DNA of 64,000 bases, from positions 1,696,001 through 1,760,000 of the forward strand of contig JASGHG010000001.1 of NCBI GenBank assembly GCA_047602425.1, given 5' to 3'. Under the pieces are notes generated by a model. That model was not told where the DNA came from. It worked only from the letters and a program-made list of their open reading frames with translations, and searched no databases. Source of the DNA: Nibricoccus sp. GTDB lineage: Bacteria > Verrucomicrobiota > Verrucomicrobiia > Opitutales > Opitutaceae. Shown here piece by piece: positions 1 through 10,829 of the stretch (position 1 is its first letter; each line of letters begins with the position of its first letter). Position numbers and translations under genes: made by a program.

Positions 1-905
1 AGATCCATTTGATAGAGGTAATACGGGCGCACGCGCATGCGCAGCAGGCGGTGGACAAGCGCTTTCATGACTTCGGCGTCGTCGTTCACGCCTTTTAGGA
101 GAACCGATTGGTTGCCCAACGGGACGCCGGCGAAAGAAAGACGTTCGCACGCGTCGCGCAGCTCGGCAGTGGCTTCTTTGGGATGGTTGACGTGGATGCT
201 CATCCAAATCGGACCGTATTTTTTGAAAATTTCGCAGAGTTCCGGCGTGATACGTTGCGGCAGGAAAACCGGAATGCGCGAACCGATGCGGATGAATTCC
301 AGATGCTTGATCGCGCGCAGCCGACTGAGCAGGTGCTCCAGTTTTTTATCGGAGAGCAAAAGCGGATCGCCGCCCGAGAGCAGCACGTCGCGGATTTCCG
401 GATGCGATTCGATGTAGCGCAGCCCCTGCTCGAACTCCGGATGGAAATTGTAGTCCTGCGCATTGCTCACAAGCCGGCTGCGCGTGCAGTAACGGCAGTA
501 CGAAGCACAGCGATCCGTCACGAGAAACAACACGCGATCCGGGTATCGGTGCACGAGGCCTGGAACCGGCGAGTGCTCGTCTTCGCCAAGCGAATCGAGC
601 ATTTCCTCCGCCGAAGTAATCGACTCGCCTTCGCGGGGAATGACTTGTTTGCGAATCGGACAATTCGGGTCGTTGACGTCGATCAGATTGAAAAAATACG
701 GCGTAATCGCCAGCGCGAGCTTGTGGCCGGCGAAAGCGATGCCGCGCCGTTCCTCTGTCGTAAGCGTCATGTAGCGCTCCAGCTGGTCGAGCGTCGTGAT
801 GCGATGCTTGAGTTGCCAGGTCCAGTCCCGCCATTCGGAAGCTGGGATGTGCTGCCAATGGCCCTGACCTTCATACCAATTGGCGCGATCTTCTATGTAT
901 GCCAT
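1..905 (-). CDS. KamA-family radical SAM protein (lysine 2,3-aminomutase-like); 3' end runs off the window
   Basis: Manual minus-strand translation from ATG at 905: MAYIEDRANW...WQLKHRI...LAITPYF...DPNCPIRKQVIP...GLVHRYPDRVL...CASYCRYCTR (CxxxCxxC)...DVLLSGGDPL...NQSVLLKGVND...PYYLYQMD. Absent from the ORF track because no stop lies inside the window. Confidence 0.92.
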   Translation of the reverse strand, partial: MAYIEDRANWYEGQGHWQHIPASEWRDWTWQLKHRITTLDQLERYMTLTTEERRGIAFAGHKLALAITPYFFNLIDVNDPNCPIRKQVIPREGESITSAEEMLDSLGEDEHSPVPGLVHRYPDRVLFLVTDRCASYCRYCTRSRLVSNAQDYNFHPEFEQGLRYIESHPEIRDVLLSGGDPLLLSDKKLEHLLSRLRAIKHLEFIRIGSRIPVFLPQRITPELCEIFKKYGPIWMSIHVNHPKEATAELRDACERLSFAGVPLGNQSVLLKGVNDDAEVMKALVHRLLRMRVRPYYLYQMD

Positions 906-1103
906 GAGAGTGCAAAAAAGTTAGGAAGCTAACTACTTCTGTCAATCGTCACCAGAAATCCGTTACATCCAGCTTCTGACAAACATGTTAACAAACACAT
1001 TCATCCCATTTCGCCGCCGACGAAAAAAATTTACCTGCGTAACTTCGCGATTTTGCACAAAGCGCTTGGCACAGGCCACCCGAAAGCCTTTCGTTGGGCT
1101 TTA

Positions 1104-2276
1104 ATGTCCACGTTCCGCCCAGGTGTTCTCGCTCTCGAAGATGGTTCCGTGTTTCGCGGCCGCGCTTTTGGCGCCGATGCCACAATCGCGGGCGAATGCG
1201 TTTTCAATACGTCGATGACGGGTTACCAGGAGATCATCACCGATCCGTCCTACTTCGGCCAGATCGTCACGATGACCGCCGTTCAGATTGGCAACTACGG
1301 GATCAACGACGAAGACACGGAAGCCACCATTCCGAAATGCTCGGCTTTGGTCGTGCGCGAACTTTCGCCCATCGTCAGCAACTGGCGCAGCCAGATGTCG
1401 CTCGACGAATATTTTAAGAAATACGAAATTCCGGGCTTGAGCGAAATCGACACCCGCGCGCTCACGAAAAAACTTCGCGTCGACGGCGCGATGAAAGCCT
1501 GCCTCAGCACGCTACCGCTCAGCGACGAAGAAGCCGTCCAACGCGCCCGTAGCTGGCAAAACATGGCTGGCGCCGACTACGTGAAAGATGTTACGAGTCA
1601 CGCGCCTTTCATCTGGCACCCGAACGAATCGAAGAATTTCAACACGCCCTACATGCCCGTTGGCACCACGATGAACGCACCCGGAATTCCGGCCAAGCGT
1701 TTCAAAGTCGCCGCCTTCGATTATGGCGCGAAGTTTTCGATTTACCGCAAACTCATCCGCCATGGTTTCGACGTGCACGTTTTGCCCGCCACCGCCACCG
1801 CCGAGGAAGCCCGCGCGATCAAGCCCGACGCCATTTTTCTCTCCAACGGTCCCGGCGATCCGTCCGCTCTGCCGTACATTCACAAAACCGTCACGGCACT
1901 CCTTCCCGATTTCCCGATGTTCGGCATTTGCCTCGGACACCAGATGATCACGCACGCGCTCGGCGGCGCAACCTTCAAGCTCAAGTTCGGCCATCGCGGC
2001 GGCAACCAGCCGGTGAAAAATCTCGAAACCGGCAAAGTCTCCATCACCGCGCAAAATCACGGCTTCGCCACCGATCCGAAATCCATCGAAAAAGCCGGCG
2101 CCAAAGTCACCGAGATCAATCTCAACGACAACACCGTCGAAGGTCTGCGCCACACGAAGCTTCCTGTTTTCTCCGTGCAATACCACCCGGAAGCCGCCCC
2201 CGGTCCGAACGACGCCGATCCGCTCTTTGTCGATTTCTACAAAATGGTAGAAGCCCGCAAAGCCGGTAAGATCTGA
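1104..2276 (+). CDS. carA: Carbamoyl-phosphate synthase small subunit
   Basis: LALEDG, GECVFNTSMTGYQEIITDPSY, LSNGPGDP, GICLGHQ (catalytic Cys), SVQYHPE. ATG at 1104. Confidence 0.97.
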   Translation: MSTFRPGVLALEDGSVFRGRAFGADATIAGECVFNTSMTGYQEIITDPSYFGQIVTMTAVQIGNYGINDEDTEATIPKCSALVVRELSPIVSNWRSQMSLDEYFKKYEIPGLSEIDTRALTKKLRVDGAMKACLSTLPLSDEEAVQRARSWQNMAGADYVKDVTSHAPFIWHPNESKNFNTPYMPVGTTMNAPGIPAKRFKVAAFDYGAKFSIYRKLIRHGFDVHVLPATATAEEARAIKPDAIFLSNGPGDPSALPYIHKTVTALLPDFPMFGICLGHQMITHALGGATFKLKFGHRGGNQPVKNLETGKVSITAQNHGFATDPKSIEKAGAKVTEINLNDNTVEGLRHTKLPVFSVQYHPEAAPGPNDADPLFVDFYKMVEARKAGKI

Positions 2277-2302
2277 GCTGAATCCGAAATCCCGTAATCG
2301 AG

Positions 2303-2380
2303 GTGGAGCGCATTGACCTCGATGCGCTGGTTCGAGAGCGACGTTATCAAGCGCGTTGAGGTTCAGTTTATGCGCTTCAC
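2303..2380. repeat. REP-like inverted doublet (GTGG-initiated palindromes)
   Basis: GTGGAGCGCAT-TGACCTCG-ATGCGCT, followed by an inverted degenerate copy AGCGCGTTGAGGTT...ATGCGCTTCAC, just downstream of carA. Confidence 0.6.
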
Positions 2381-2489
2381 TTTGGTTTTCATCTGTGCTG
2401 CCAAGAAAGCCGTTCTACAAAATCCATCGGGCTGAGGTAAATTTTCCCTCCGGGCAGCCGATAGTTCTGTTGGAAGGTTTTTTGCCCTC

Positions 2490-3080
2490 ATGAAAAAATG
2501 GATCGTCCTGCTCGTTTTGGCTTTCGCCGGCTGGTGGTGGCTGCGCGACGCTCCCGCGACTTGGAAAGGCATGCCGGCCCCAGCCGAACCATCCCAAACC
2601 GTTAAGAATCTACCCCCGCCTTTTCGTCACGGAAAATATCTCATCACGCCACTCGCGACCTATTCATGTCAGGCCGTTGTTCTCAGCCGCGATCGTTACC
2701 GGTTCGATCCAGGTGCGAAACTCGCCCCGATCGATCTGGCGCTCGGGTGAAAATCGATGTCGATCGCCGGCGTCATCAATGACCTGAAAATTTCCCAATC
2801 TGGCCGTTGGTACGAATATTCCTGGCGCAACGAAGCGCCACTGGAGCCCTCGCAAATCGCCCTGCAATCGGCCAACACGCATTGCATTCCGTCCGATGCC
2901 AACGTCGAACGCCAACTTCTGTCGATCCGCCGCCACGATTATGTGGACTTGGAGGGTTACCTCGTCGCGGTGGACGGTCCGGACAATTTCACGTGGCGCT
3001 CTTCACTCTCACGCAACGATACTGGGGGCGGCGCTTGCGAATTGATGTTCATCACTCGCATCACGCGACGGAAGTTGTGA
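2490..3080 (+). pseudogene. Conserved hypothetical membrane-anchored protein interrupted by an in-frame TGA at 2748-2750
   Basis: ORFs 2490-2750 and 2757-3080 are in the same frame and read PIDLALG*KSMS...SANTHCIP...LEGYLV...WRSSLSRNDTGGGACEL. The family as I recall it has DLALGW here, implying TGG>TGA. Confidence 0.7.
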
Positions 3081-3092
3081 CTGTAATGAATA

Positions 3093-3836
3093 TCAGCCGA
3101 GCCACTTCTCGAACTTCACCGCGTCGTCCGGCGTATCGACGCCGATCGTCGGATCCTCGGTGATGCCGACGGCGATGTCGTAACCATTTTCGAGCACGCG
3201 GAGTTGTTCGAGTTTTTCGATTTGTTCGAGTTGCCCCATCGGCAGCTTGGCGAATTTTTCGATCAAGCCGGCTTTGTAAGCGTAAAGCCCGAGATGTTTG
3301 CGCGCCGGATTGGCCAACACCCACGCTTCGTCGACCATGCCGCCTTTGTCGCGAGCGAAAGGCATCGGTGAACGCGAAAAATACAGGGCCCGCCCGTCGC
3401 GGCGCATGACGACCTTCACTTGATTTGGGTTGGCAAAATCCGCCGGGTTTTTGAATGGCGTCGCCAAAGTCGCCATGTCGACCGGCCCCGCAATAAGTTC
3501 CGCCAGACGACGGATTTGCGCGCCGGTGACGAGAGGCTCGTCAGCTTGGACGTTGATCACGTAGTCCGCTTTGACGGTCCGATTGGCTTCGGCGAGACGA
3601 TCTGTACCGGACTGATGTTGGACGCCGGTCATGATCGCTTTAAATCCGTGCTGCGTCAGACAGTCCGCCAGAAGCTTATCATCCACAGCAAAATAGAGAG
3701 GAAATTCCGGCACCTCTTTCTTGATGCGCTCCGCCACCCAGAGCAAAAGGGGGCGGCCTTTGATCAAATGGAGCAATTTTCTAGGAAAACGGGTCGATTC
3801 CAACCGGCACGGCACGATGATTGCAGTCATGGACAT
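3093..3836 (-). CDS. kdsB: 3-deoxy-manno-octulosonate cytidylyltransferase (CMP-Kdo synthetase)
   Basis: [68 protein letters not shown]. Start at 3836 or 3830. Confidence 0.96.
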   Translation of the reverse strand: MSMTAIIVPCRLESTRFPRKLLHLIKGRPLLLWVAERIKKEVPEFPLYFAVDDKLLADCLTQHGFKAIMTGVQHQSGTDRLAEANRTVKADYVINVQADEPLVTGAQIRRLAELIAGPVDMATLATPFKNPADFANPNQVKVVMRRDGRALYFSRSPMPFARDKGGMVDEAWVLANPARKHLGLYAYKAGLIEKFAKLPMGQLEQIEKLEQLRVLENGYDIAVGITEDPTIGVDTPDDAVKFEKWLG

Positions 3837-3919
3837 AAGGATATGGAACCGCAGGCTGGGCGATGGTTTTTGAGGTTGCAAGCCAGCCCAGCGCGCGGAG
3901 CATGTCGGGCTAATCACGC

Positions 3920-4222
3920 ATGGAAACGAAAGACACAACACCACAAACCAGTAAACAGCTCACCAAGGAGCTGGTGGTGAACAACAAGATGGGCATCCAT
4001 GCTCGTCCGGCCGCAATGATCGTCCGTATCACCAATAAATTTAAGGCCGACGTTTTCGTTGAAAAAGACGAAGAGCAAGTGAACGGCAAAAGCATTATGG
4101 GACTCATGATGCTCGCCGCTGGCAAAGGCTCCAAAGTGAAATTCATCGCCACCGGCGACGACGGCCAGCAAATGCTGAACGAGCTTGAACAACTCTTCGC
4201 TCGCAAGTTCGACGAAGTTTGA
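3920..4222 (+). CDS. ptsH: HPr family phosphocarrier protein
   Basis: GIHARPA (phospho-His) and [11 protein letters not shown] (regulatory Ser) motifs. Confidence 0.95.
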   Translation: METKDTTPQTSKQLTKELVVNNKMGIHARPAAMIVRITNKFKADVFVEKDEEQVNGKSIMGLMMLAAGKGSKVKFIATGDDGQQMLNELEQLFARKFDEV

Positions 4223-4246
4223 TCTATCGCAAAATCCAACACGCTG

Positions 4247-4273
4247 AAGCCCGCAGTCATGTGCGGGCTTTTT
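4247..4273 (+). terminator. Intrinsic terminator after ptsH
   Basis: AAGCCCGCA-gtcatg-TGCGGGCTT followed by TTT, with an outer stem TCGCAAAATC/GATTTTGCGA. Confidence 0.8.
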
Positions 4274-4376
4274 GATTTTGCGACGACGAGAGCGCGAGAA
4301 AACTCTGCCAGTCTTTCGCGATTCCTGTTTGCACGCCGGCCTTGCGCCATGGTGAGATCGCGGCCTCCTTTTTCCC

Positions 4377-7300
4377 ATGCTCATCCTTCGCGGCGCACCC
4401 GCCCTTTCCGAGTTCCGCATCAAGAAGCTTCAGCAAGATCTCGCCTCCGCCGGCTTCCCGGCCCGCGAGATCGCGACGCAATTCATCCATGTCATCGAAC
4501 TCAATCCCAGCGCCGGACTTAACGACGACGAGTTCAACGTCCTGGAAAAACTCCTGACTTACGGGCCGCATCGCGAAGAACACTCACCCAAGGGCCTGCT
4601 CCAAATCGTCGCCCCGCGCCCGGGAACCATTTCCCCTTGGTCGTCAAAAGCGACCGATATCGCGCACATCTGCGGCCTCACCAAAATCAAACGTATCGAG
4701 CGCGCCGTTGCCTATTGGATCGACCTCGATGCTTCCGCGGCCAATTCCAATCCGCAGATCGCCGCCAAACTTCACGATCGCATGACGCAGGTCGTCTTCG
4801 GCGATTTCCCGCAGCTCGAAATCCTTTTCAAACACGAAAAACCGCGTCCGCTCTCCAGCGTGCCGGTGCTCGCCAAAGGTCGCGCCGCCCTTGTCGAGGC
4901 AAACCAATCGCTAGGCCTAGCCCTCGCGGACGACGAAATCGACTACCTCGTCAAAAGTTTCACCACGCTCGGCCGCGACCCGAACGACATCGAGCTCATG
5001 ATGTTCGCGCAGGCCAATTCCGAGCATTGCCGTCACAAGATTTTCGGCGCCACGTGGGACATCGACGGCGAAAAACGCGATCTCTCGCTGTTCGCGATGA
5101 TCAAGAACACCTACAAGCTGCACAGCGAGGGCATCCTTTCCGCGTACAAAGACAATGCCGCCGTGCTCGCCGGCCCGCGCGCCCCGCGTTTCTACGTCAA
5201 TCCGACCACCGGCGAATACGCCGCGCACGACGAAGAAGTTCATATCCTCTGTAAGGTCGAAACCCACAACCATCCGACCGCCATCTCGCCATTCCCCGGC
5301 GCCGCTACCGGTTCCGGCGGCGAAATCCGCGACGAAGGCGCCACCGGCCGCGGCTCCAAACCCAAGGCCGGCCTCACCGGTTTCACTGTATCCAATCTTA
5401 AAATACCGGGCGCCGTGCAGCCTTGGGAAAAAGACAACGGCAAACCCAACCGCATCGTCTCCGCGCTCGACATCATGATCGACGGCCCGCTCGGCGGCGC
5501 CGCTTTCAACAACGAATTCGGCCGCCCCGCCATCAACGGCTATTTCCGCACTTTCGAGCAGGCCGTGCCTGCTCGAGTTGAAGCTAAAAGTTTAAGTCCG
5601 AAGTCCGACGCTGGCACCACTTCCGCTTCAACTTCTCACCTAAACTCCCACGAAGTGGAGCTCCGGGGCTATCACAAACCCATCATGCTCGCCGGCGGCC
5701 TCGGCAACATCAAACCCGAGCACGTCCAAAAAGGCACCATCGAGCCCGGCGACCAACTGATCGTCCTCGGCGGACCCGCGATGCTCATCGGCCTCGGCGG
5801 CGGCGCCGCCAGTTCGATGGCGAGTGGTTCAGGCCAGGAAGATCTCGATTTCGCCAGTGTCCAGCGCGACAACGCCGAAATGGAACGACGCTGCCAGGAG
5901 GTCATCGACCGCTGCTGGGCGCTCGGCGCGGAAAATCCCATCTCCTTCATTCACGACGTTGGCGCCGGCGGCCTCTCGAACGCACTCCCTGAACTCGTAA
6001 ACGACGGCGGCCGCGGCGGCCGTTTTCACTTGCGCGCCATTCCCAACGACGAGCCCGGCATGACCCCGCTCGAAATCTGGTGCAACGAATCGCAGGAGCG
6101 CTACGTCCTCGCGGTTCCTTCGGCCCGCCTCAAGCAGTTCGCCGAGCTCTGCAAACGCGAACGTTGTCCCTTTGCGATAGTTGGTGAAGCCACCGAGGAA
6201 AAACAGCTCGTCCTCGAAGATCCGTGTTTTAACAACAAGCCCATCGACATGCCGCTTGAGGTCCTGCTCGGCAAACCGCCCCGCATGCACCGCAGCGAGA
6301 AATCCCTCAAGCGTTTCCTTCCCACGCTGAAACTCAACGGCGTGACCCTCGACGACGCCGCCCGCCGCGTTCTCGCCCACCCCGCCGTCGCCGACAAAAC
6401 CTTCCTCATCTCCATCGGCGACCGCACCGTCACCGGCCTTATTTGCCGGGACCAAATGGTTGGCCCCTGGCAGGTGCCCGTCGCCGACTGCGGCGTCACC
6501 ACAACCGCCTTCGACACCTACACCGGCGAAGCCATGGCCATGGGCGAACGCACACCCGTCGCAGTTAACAACGCCGCTGCCTCCGCCCGTCTCGCCGTCG
6601 GCGAGGCTCTCACCAATCTCGCCGCCGCCCAGATCGGCGAAATCGGCAAGGTCAACCTTTCCGCCAACTGGATGGCAGCGCCAGCCATTCCCGGAGACGG
6701 CGCCGACCTCTACGCCGCCGTGCATGCCGTCGGCATGGAACTCTGCCCCGCCCTCGGCATCACGATTCCCGTCGGCAAAGACTCGATGAGCATGTCGACC
6801 GTTTGGAAAGACGGCGCCGAGCAAAAGCGCGTCACCGCTCCTATTTCGCTCATTGTGTCGGCCTTCGCGCCTGTCACCGACGTCCGGCTCTCGCTCACGC
6901 CTCAGCTTCAGCGCCCCGCGCTAAAGCCAGTTGAAGCAGGAAGTTTAAGTTCAAGTACGGCTGCTTCCACTTCAACTCCCAACTTAAACAATCAGCAGGA
7001 GGACACCGTGCTCCTGCTGATCGATCTCGGTCGCGGCAAAAATCGCCTCGGCGGCTCCATCCTTGCCCAAGTCTTCAACCAGACCGGTACCGAACCAGCC
7101 GACGTAGACGATCCGGGCGATCTCAAGGCTTTCTGGGAAGCGATCCAAAAACTCGGCCAGCAGAAAAAGATTCTCGCTTATCACGACCGGTCCGACGGCG
7201 GTCTCTTCACCACCGCCGTCGAAATGGCTTTCGCCGGTCATACCGGTGTTACGCTGGAACTTCCTCCGTCCAAACCCGGCCCTGGTGCGAACAACGCTTC

Positions 7301-8435
7301 GTCTTCGCCCTTTGCCCAGCTCTTCTCCGAGGAACTCGGCGCTGTCATCCAAGTGCGCGAGTCCGATCTCGACGACGTTTCAGACGTTTTGCGCCATGCC
7401 GGTTTTAAAACCTGCACCTCGCGCATCGGCACACTCAATGGCGATTTCCGTTTTGAAGTTCGCCAAAGCGGCAAGAGTTTGTTCAGCAGCGATCTCACCG
7501 AACTTCGCGCAATCTGGTCCGATACCACGCGACGCATCGCTTCACTTCGCGACAATCCCGCCTGCGCCGAAAGCGAGTACCAACTCAAGCTCGACCGCTC
7601 GAACCCGGGGATTACACCCAAGCTCACGTTCGATCTTAAAGCACCCGCCATCCTTTCGGCCCGCCCGCCCATGGCCATTCTTCGCGAGCAGGGCGTTAAC
7701 GGTGAAATCGAAATGGCCGCCGCCTTTAGCCGCGCCGGCTTCAAGGCCATCGACGTTCACATGACCGACATTTTGTCGGGCCGGATTTCGCTGAAAGACT
7801 TCCGCGGTGTCGCCGCGTGCGGCGGCTTTAGCTACGGCGATGTGTTAGGCGCCGGCGAAGGCTGGGCGAAGAGCATTCTCTTCAACGAACACGCCCGCGC
7901 CGAGTTCACCGCCTTCTTTGCCCGCAAAGACACTTTTGCCCTCGGCGTGTGCAATGGCTGCCAGATGATGAGCAATCTCCATTCGATCATCCCCGGTGCC
8001 GATCACTGGCCGCATTTTGTGCAAAACAAGTCCGAACGCTTCGAGGCGCGCTTCGCCTCGCTTAAGATCGAGAAGAGCCCGAGCATTCTTTTTGCCGGTA
8101 TGGAAGGTTCGGTTATTCCGATCGCCGTTTCGCACGGCGAAGGCTACGCCGAGTTCAAGGACGCCGCCGCCGCGAAGGCATGCAGCGATTCCGGACTGGT
8201 CTGCGCCCGTTACGTCGACAACAAGCACCAGGTCACCGAACAGTACCCGCTCAATCCGAATAGCTCCCCGCTCGGCATGACCGCGCTTACCACGCGTGAC
8301 GGTCGCGTCACCATCATGATGCCGCATCCCGAACGCGTTTTCCGCACCGTGCAAATGAGCTGGCACCCCGCCGACTGGGGCGAAGACAGCCCGTGGATGA
8401 AACTTTTCTACAACGCCCGCGCCTGGGTGGGATAA
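4377..8435 (+). CDS. purL: Phosphoribosylformylglycinamidine synthase (large, single-chain form)
   Basis: 1352 aa. [52 protein letters not shown]. Contains two repeat-derived in-frame insertions. Confidence 0.98.
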   Translation: MLILRGAPALSEFRIKKLQQDLASAGFPAREIATQFIHVIELNPSAGLNDDEFNVLEKLLTYGPHREEHSPKGLLQIVAPRPGTISPWSSKATDIAHICGLTKIKRIERAVAYWIDLDASAANSNPQIAAKLHDRMTQVVFGDFPQLEILFKHEKPRPLSSVPVLAKGRAALVEANQSLGLALADDEIDYLVKSFTTLGRDPNDIELMMFAQANSEHCRHKIFGATWDIDGEKRDLSLFAMIKNTYKLHSEGILSAYKDNAAVLAGPRAPRFYVNPTTGEYAAHDEEVHILCKVETHNHPTAISPFPGAATGSGGEIRDEGATGRGSKPKAGLTGFTVSNLKIPGAVQPWEKDNGKPNRIVSALDIMIDGPLGGAAFNNEFGRPAINGYFRTFEQAVPARVEAKSLSPKSDAGTTSASTSHLNSHEVELRGYHKPIMLAGGLGNIKPEHVQKGTIEPGDQLIVLGGPAMLIGLGGGAASSMASGSGQEDLDFASVQRDNAEMERRCQEVIDRCWALGAENPISFIHDVGAGGLSNALPELVNDGGRGGRFHLRAIPNDEPGMTPLEIWCNESQERYVLAVPSARLKQFAELCKRERCPFAIVGEATEEKQLVLEDPCFNNKPIDMPLEVLLGKPPRMHRSEKSLKRFLPTLKLNGVTLDDAARRVLAHPAVADKTFLISIGDRTVTGLICRDQMVGPWQVPVADCGVTTTAFDTYTGEAMAMGERTPVAVNNAAASARLAVGEALTNLAAAQIGEIGKVNLSANWMAAPAIPGDGADLYAAVHAVGMELCPALGITIPVGKDSMSMSTVWKDGAEQKRVTAPISLIVSAFAPVTDVRLSLTPQLQRPALKPVEAGSLSSSTAASTSTPNLNNQQEDTVLLLIDLGRGKNRLGGSILAQVFNQTGTEPADVDDPGDLKAFWEAIQKLGQQKKILAYHDRSDGGLFTTAVEMAFAGHTGVTLELPPSKPGPGANNASSSPFAQLFSEELGAVIQVRESDLDDVSDVLRHAGFKTCTSRIGTLNGDFRFEVRQSGKSLFSSDLTELRAIWSDTTRRIASLRDNPACAESEYQLKLDRSNPGITPKLTFDLKAPAILSARPPMAILREQGVNGEIEMAAAFSRAGFKAIDVHMTDILSGRISLKDFRGVAACGGFSYGDVLGAGEGWAKSILFNEHARAEFTAFFARKDTFALGVCNGCQMMSNLHSIIPGADHWPHFVQNKSERFEARFASLKIEKSPSILFAGMEGSVIPIAVSHGEGYAEFKDAAAAKACSDSGLVCARYVDNKHQVTEQYPLNPNSSPLGMTALTTRDGRVTIMMPHPERVFRTVQMSWHPADWGEDSPWMKLFYNARAWVG
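5575..5647. repeat. Palindromic repeat element, copy 1, in frame within purL
   Basis: GAGTTGAAGCTAAAAGTTTAAGTCCGAAGT-14 nt-ACTTCCGCTTCAACTTCTCACCTAAACTC. AT-rich compared with flanking codons; encodes [24 protein letters not shown]. Confidence 0.75.
6929..6989. repeat. Palindromic repeat element, copy 2, in frame within purL
   Basis: AGTTGAAGCAGGAAGTTTAAGTTCAAGT-6 nt-GCTTCCACTTCAACTCCCAACTTAAAC. Both arms align with copy 1; encodes [20 protein letters not shown]. Confidence 0.75.
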
Positions 8436-8442
8436 ACGAGCC

Positions 8443-9668
8443 GTGCTGATTCGACTCGGCCTCGCCCTGATCGTTTCGCTGGCTACGTGCAGCTGCACGA
8501 CGCAGTCAGTCGCCCCAGCTTCCACCGCGGTTGTTCATTCTGTTGGGCCAGACCAGCAGGATTTACATGCCATCCTCGAACCAATCGTCACAAAAACGAA
8601 AGTCCCGGGTCTCGCCGCCATTGTTCTACAAGGTGACAAAATCGTCGCCCAAGGCGTCGCTGGTGTTCGAAAACGCAAACATACCGAATCAATCACCATC
8701 GACGACCGATTCCTGCTCTGCTCCGGTGGAAAAGCCATGACCGCCACTCTGGCCGCTGTGGCGGTCGAGGAAGGCAAGCTATCGTGGAACACCACCCTCG
8801 GCGAAATCTTCGGCGATAAAATTAGAGGCATGCATCCAGCCTGGAAGCCTGTGACGGTGGCCCAATTGCTAGAGCACCGCGCCGGTGTACCCACGGACGG
8901 AGCCCTGTTTTGGTCGGTGGCAAAGTTGCATTTTTCAAGGCGCAGCGAGCAAGAAAAACGCCAGGCGATCATCGAAAAAGTTTTGAGAAAAGCTCCACCT
9001 CATCTGCCAGGCACACGTTATGTCTACGCCTCCATCGACTACGTCATGGTTGGAGCCATGCTCGAAAAAATCAGCGGTCAGGCATGGGAATCCTTGATCA
9101 AAGCCAAACTCTGGGAGCCATTGAATATGACTTCAGGCGGATTTGGCGTTCCCGGCACTCATGGCAAAATTGATCAGCCGTGGAGCCACTGGGGAATGAT
9201 TGTCACCGGACATCCCGCGGGCCCGGCAGCCTCTGGGCCGATCTCGCCTCTCCACTTTTCGGGGCCCCAGCTGGCACGGCAAATATGACGATCTTAGACT
9301 GGGCAAAATTTTGCGCCCTGCATTTGCGAGGCGACCCAGCCAACCCGAACCATCAGGCAAATCTATTGACGGCCGCCTCTTTCGCGGCGCTTCATCACGC
9401 GGAGCCCGGCCGTTTTTATCAGGCAGGCTGGATTTTGCTAAAAAAACCCTGGGCCAATGGTCATCGTCCGGGTGATACCGGCCGCGTGATTTCCAGCCAG
9501 GGCGACAACGGTTTCTGGCATTGCGAAGCATGGCTCGCCCCGGAAATCGATTTCGCGCTGCTCGTCATCTGTAACGAAGGCGGCGTGACAAGCAGCAAAC
9601 CCGCAAACATCGTATGCCGCGAAACGACGCAGGCATTGCTCAAAATATTCGGTCCTAAAAACGAATAG
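8443..9668 (+). pseudogene. Serine hydrolase (beta-lactamase/AmpC-like fold) with predicted signal peptide, frameshifted near 9222-9224
   Basis: SxxK (CSGGK), LLEHRAG, Y-x-S (YASIDY) and LWEPLNM in ORF 8443-9288. The C-terminal half (GSLWADL...PAGTANMT...WAKF...GDNG) is in ORF 9180-9668; one extra C in ggcccggc would join them. Confidence 0.75.
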
Positions 9669-9726
9669 GTATAGGTCTGCGCTTCATCACCGCGCATCCC
9701 GAGCGTGGTTTCCGCAGCCGCAATAA

Positions 9727-10557
9727 CTAGGCATTGGCTTTGCCAGCGAGGGCGGAACGCGCCTTGGCTTTCTCGTCCTCTGTCAGGGCCAAGGGATAAA
9801 AATCATCCCGCAGCACCACGGGACTCCCGATTTTTTCCTGCGAAACCAACGCGACCATGGTTTGGTGCGCGTTGTCTGCATACAATGGTTCGTGTTTGAC
9901 CGGGAATACAACCTTACCGTTAACAGAGCGGCCATCCGCCAGCTGCCCAGCGAATTGATACTCATATCCTGTCGTCTTACCTTTCGCGTTTTGCTCAACG
10001 ACCTGGGTGACTTGCACGATAACTTCGTCCGAACGGCGCGCACAACGGCGGGCATCGGCCAGGCTTCGCAACGCTTTCACCCCAAGAATCGCAGCAGATC
10101 CGCCGATCAATCCGATACCAGCCAGCAGCATAAATATCACCGACGCCCACCGACTGCCCGTTCGATTAACCGCCCAGGAAAGCGCAAAATCCTCGGGGTG
10201 GGCAGGATCATATCGCACAACTGGATCAGAGTCTTTCTCCAGTTCATTAAACAATGTGTCGAATTTCAATTTACCGCGATGAACAGCGCCTTTCTGGTCG
10301 AGATACGCCACATCCAGATCGTACTCATGAAAAACAAACTTGCGGGTAGTCACGCGCCCACCCGCCTCGGCGCTGCCAGCCGGCACCCCGGACTTCCAAA
10401 TGCGCGACTGCTTTAGGATTTCCTGGGCGTTATCCATCTGCCACCAGCCAAAAGCCACGGCAACCGCCAGTCCAAGCAGGATCAGCAACGCGCCTCCCGC
10501 TCCAAATTTCCAAACAAAAGAATTCTTCAGCTTAAGGGGTAGTGACGGGAGAATCAT
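9727..10557 (-). CDS. Hypothetical membrane protein (two TM segments)
   Basis: Long ORF with hydrophobic stretches GAGGALLILLGLAVAVAFGWW and WASVIFMLLAGIGLIGGSAAILG and a VRYDPAHP motif. ATG at 10557 preferred. Confidence 0.7.
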   Translation of the reverse strand: MILPSLPLKLKNSFVWKFGAGGALLILLGLAVAVAFGWWQMDNAQEILKQSRIWKSGVPAGSAEAGGRVTTRKFVFHEYDLDVAYLDQKGAVHRGKLKFDTLFNELEKDSDPVVRYDPAHPEDFALSWAVNRTGSRWASVIFMLLAGIGLIGGSAAILGVKALRSLADARRCARRSDEVIVQVTQVVEQNAKGKTTGYEYQFAGQLADGRSVNGKVVFPVKHEPLYADNAHQTMVALVSQEKIGSPVVLRDDFYPLALTEDEKAKARSALAGKANA

Positions 10558-10683
10558 CGAGACTAACCAACATAAAACCGAACCCCTGTAAAGCACCAAA
10601 AATCAGCGATGTCGCTCAACGCTCCGTCCTCACCGCGTAAGGCTAAACTACAAAACGGCCTCCACCACCGCGCAAACTCGCCG

Positions 10684-10763
10684 AACCACTTATTTTTACT
10701 GTGCCTCGCTGACATCCGGAAAATCGCCCCTTCATCAGTGCCAATCCGTGTTCATAAGTGGTT
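10684..10763. repeat. Inverted 10-nt-period tandem-repeat element
   Basis: Right arm TTCATCAGTG/CCAATCCGTG/TTCATAAGTG-GTT. The left arm begins AACCACTTAT, the exact reverse complement of ATAAGTGGTT, then degenerates. Confidence 0.55.
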
Positions 10764-10829
10764 TAGCCTTTCGGCTTCTGCGCATTGGGCGCCTTTTTGT
10801 GGCCAGACTTCAGACGCATTCCCGCCCGC

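Noticed and set aside
108..932. 274-aa plus-strand ORF
   Set aside because: Antisense shadow of the KamA-family gene, which carries clear radical SAM motifs on the minus strand.
2748..2750. Selenocysteine or an alternative genetic code at the in-frame TGA
   Set aside because: The position appears to correspond to Trp rather than Cys, no convincing SECIS was seen, and TGA is used as a stop by several intact genes.
8443..9668. Calling the serine hydrolase a true class C beta-lactamase
   Set aside because: SxxK is present, but YxN reads YxS and there is no KTG motif; the family includes many esterases and peptidases.
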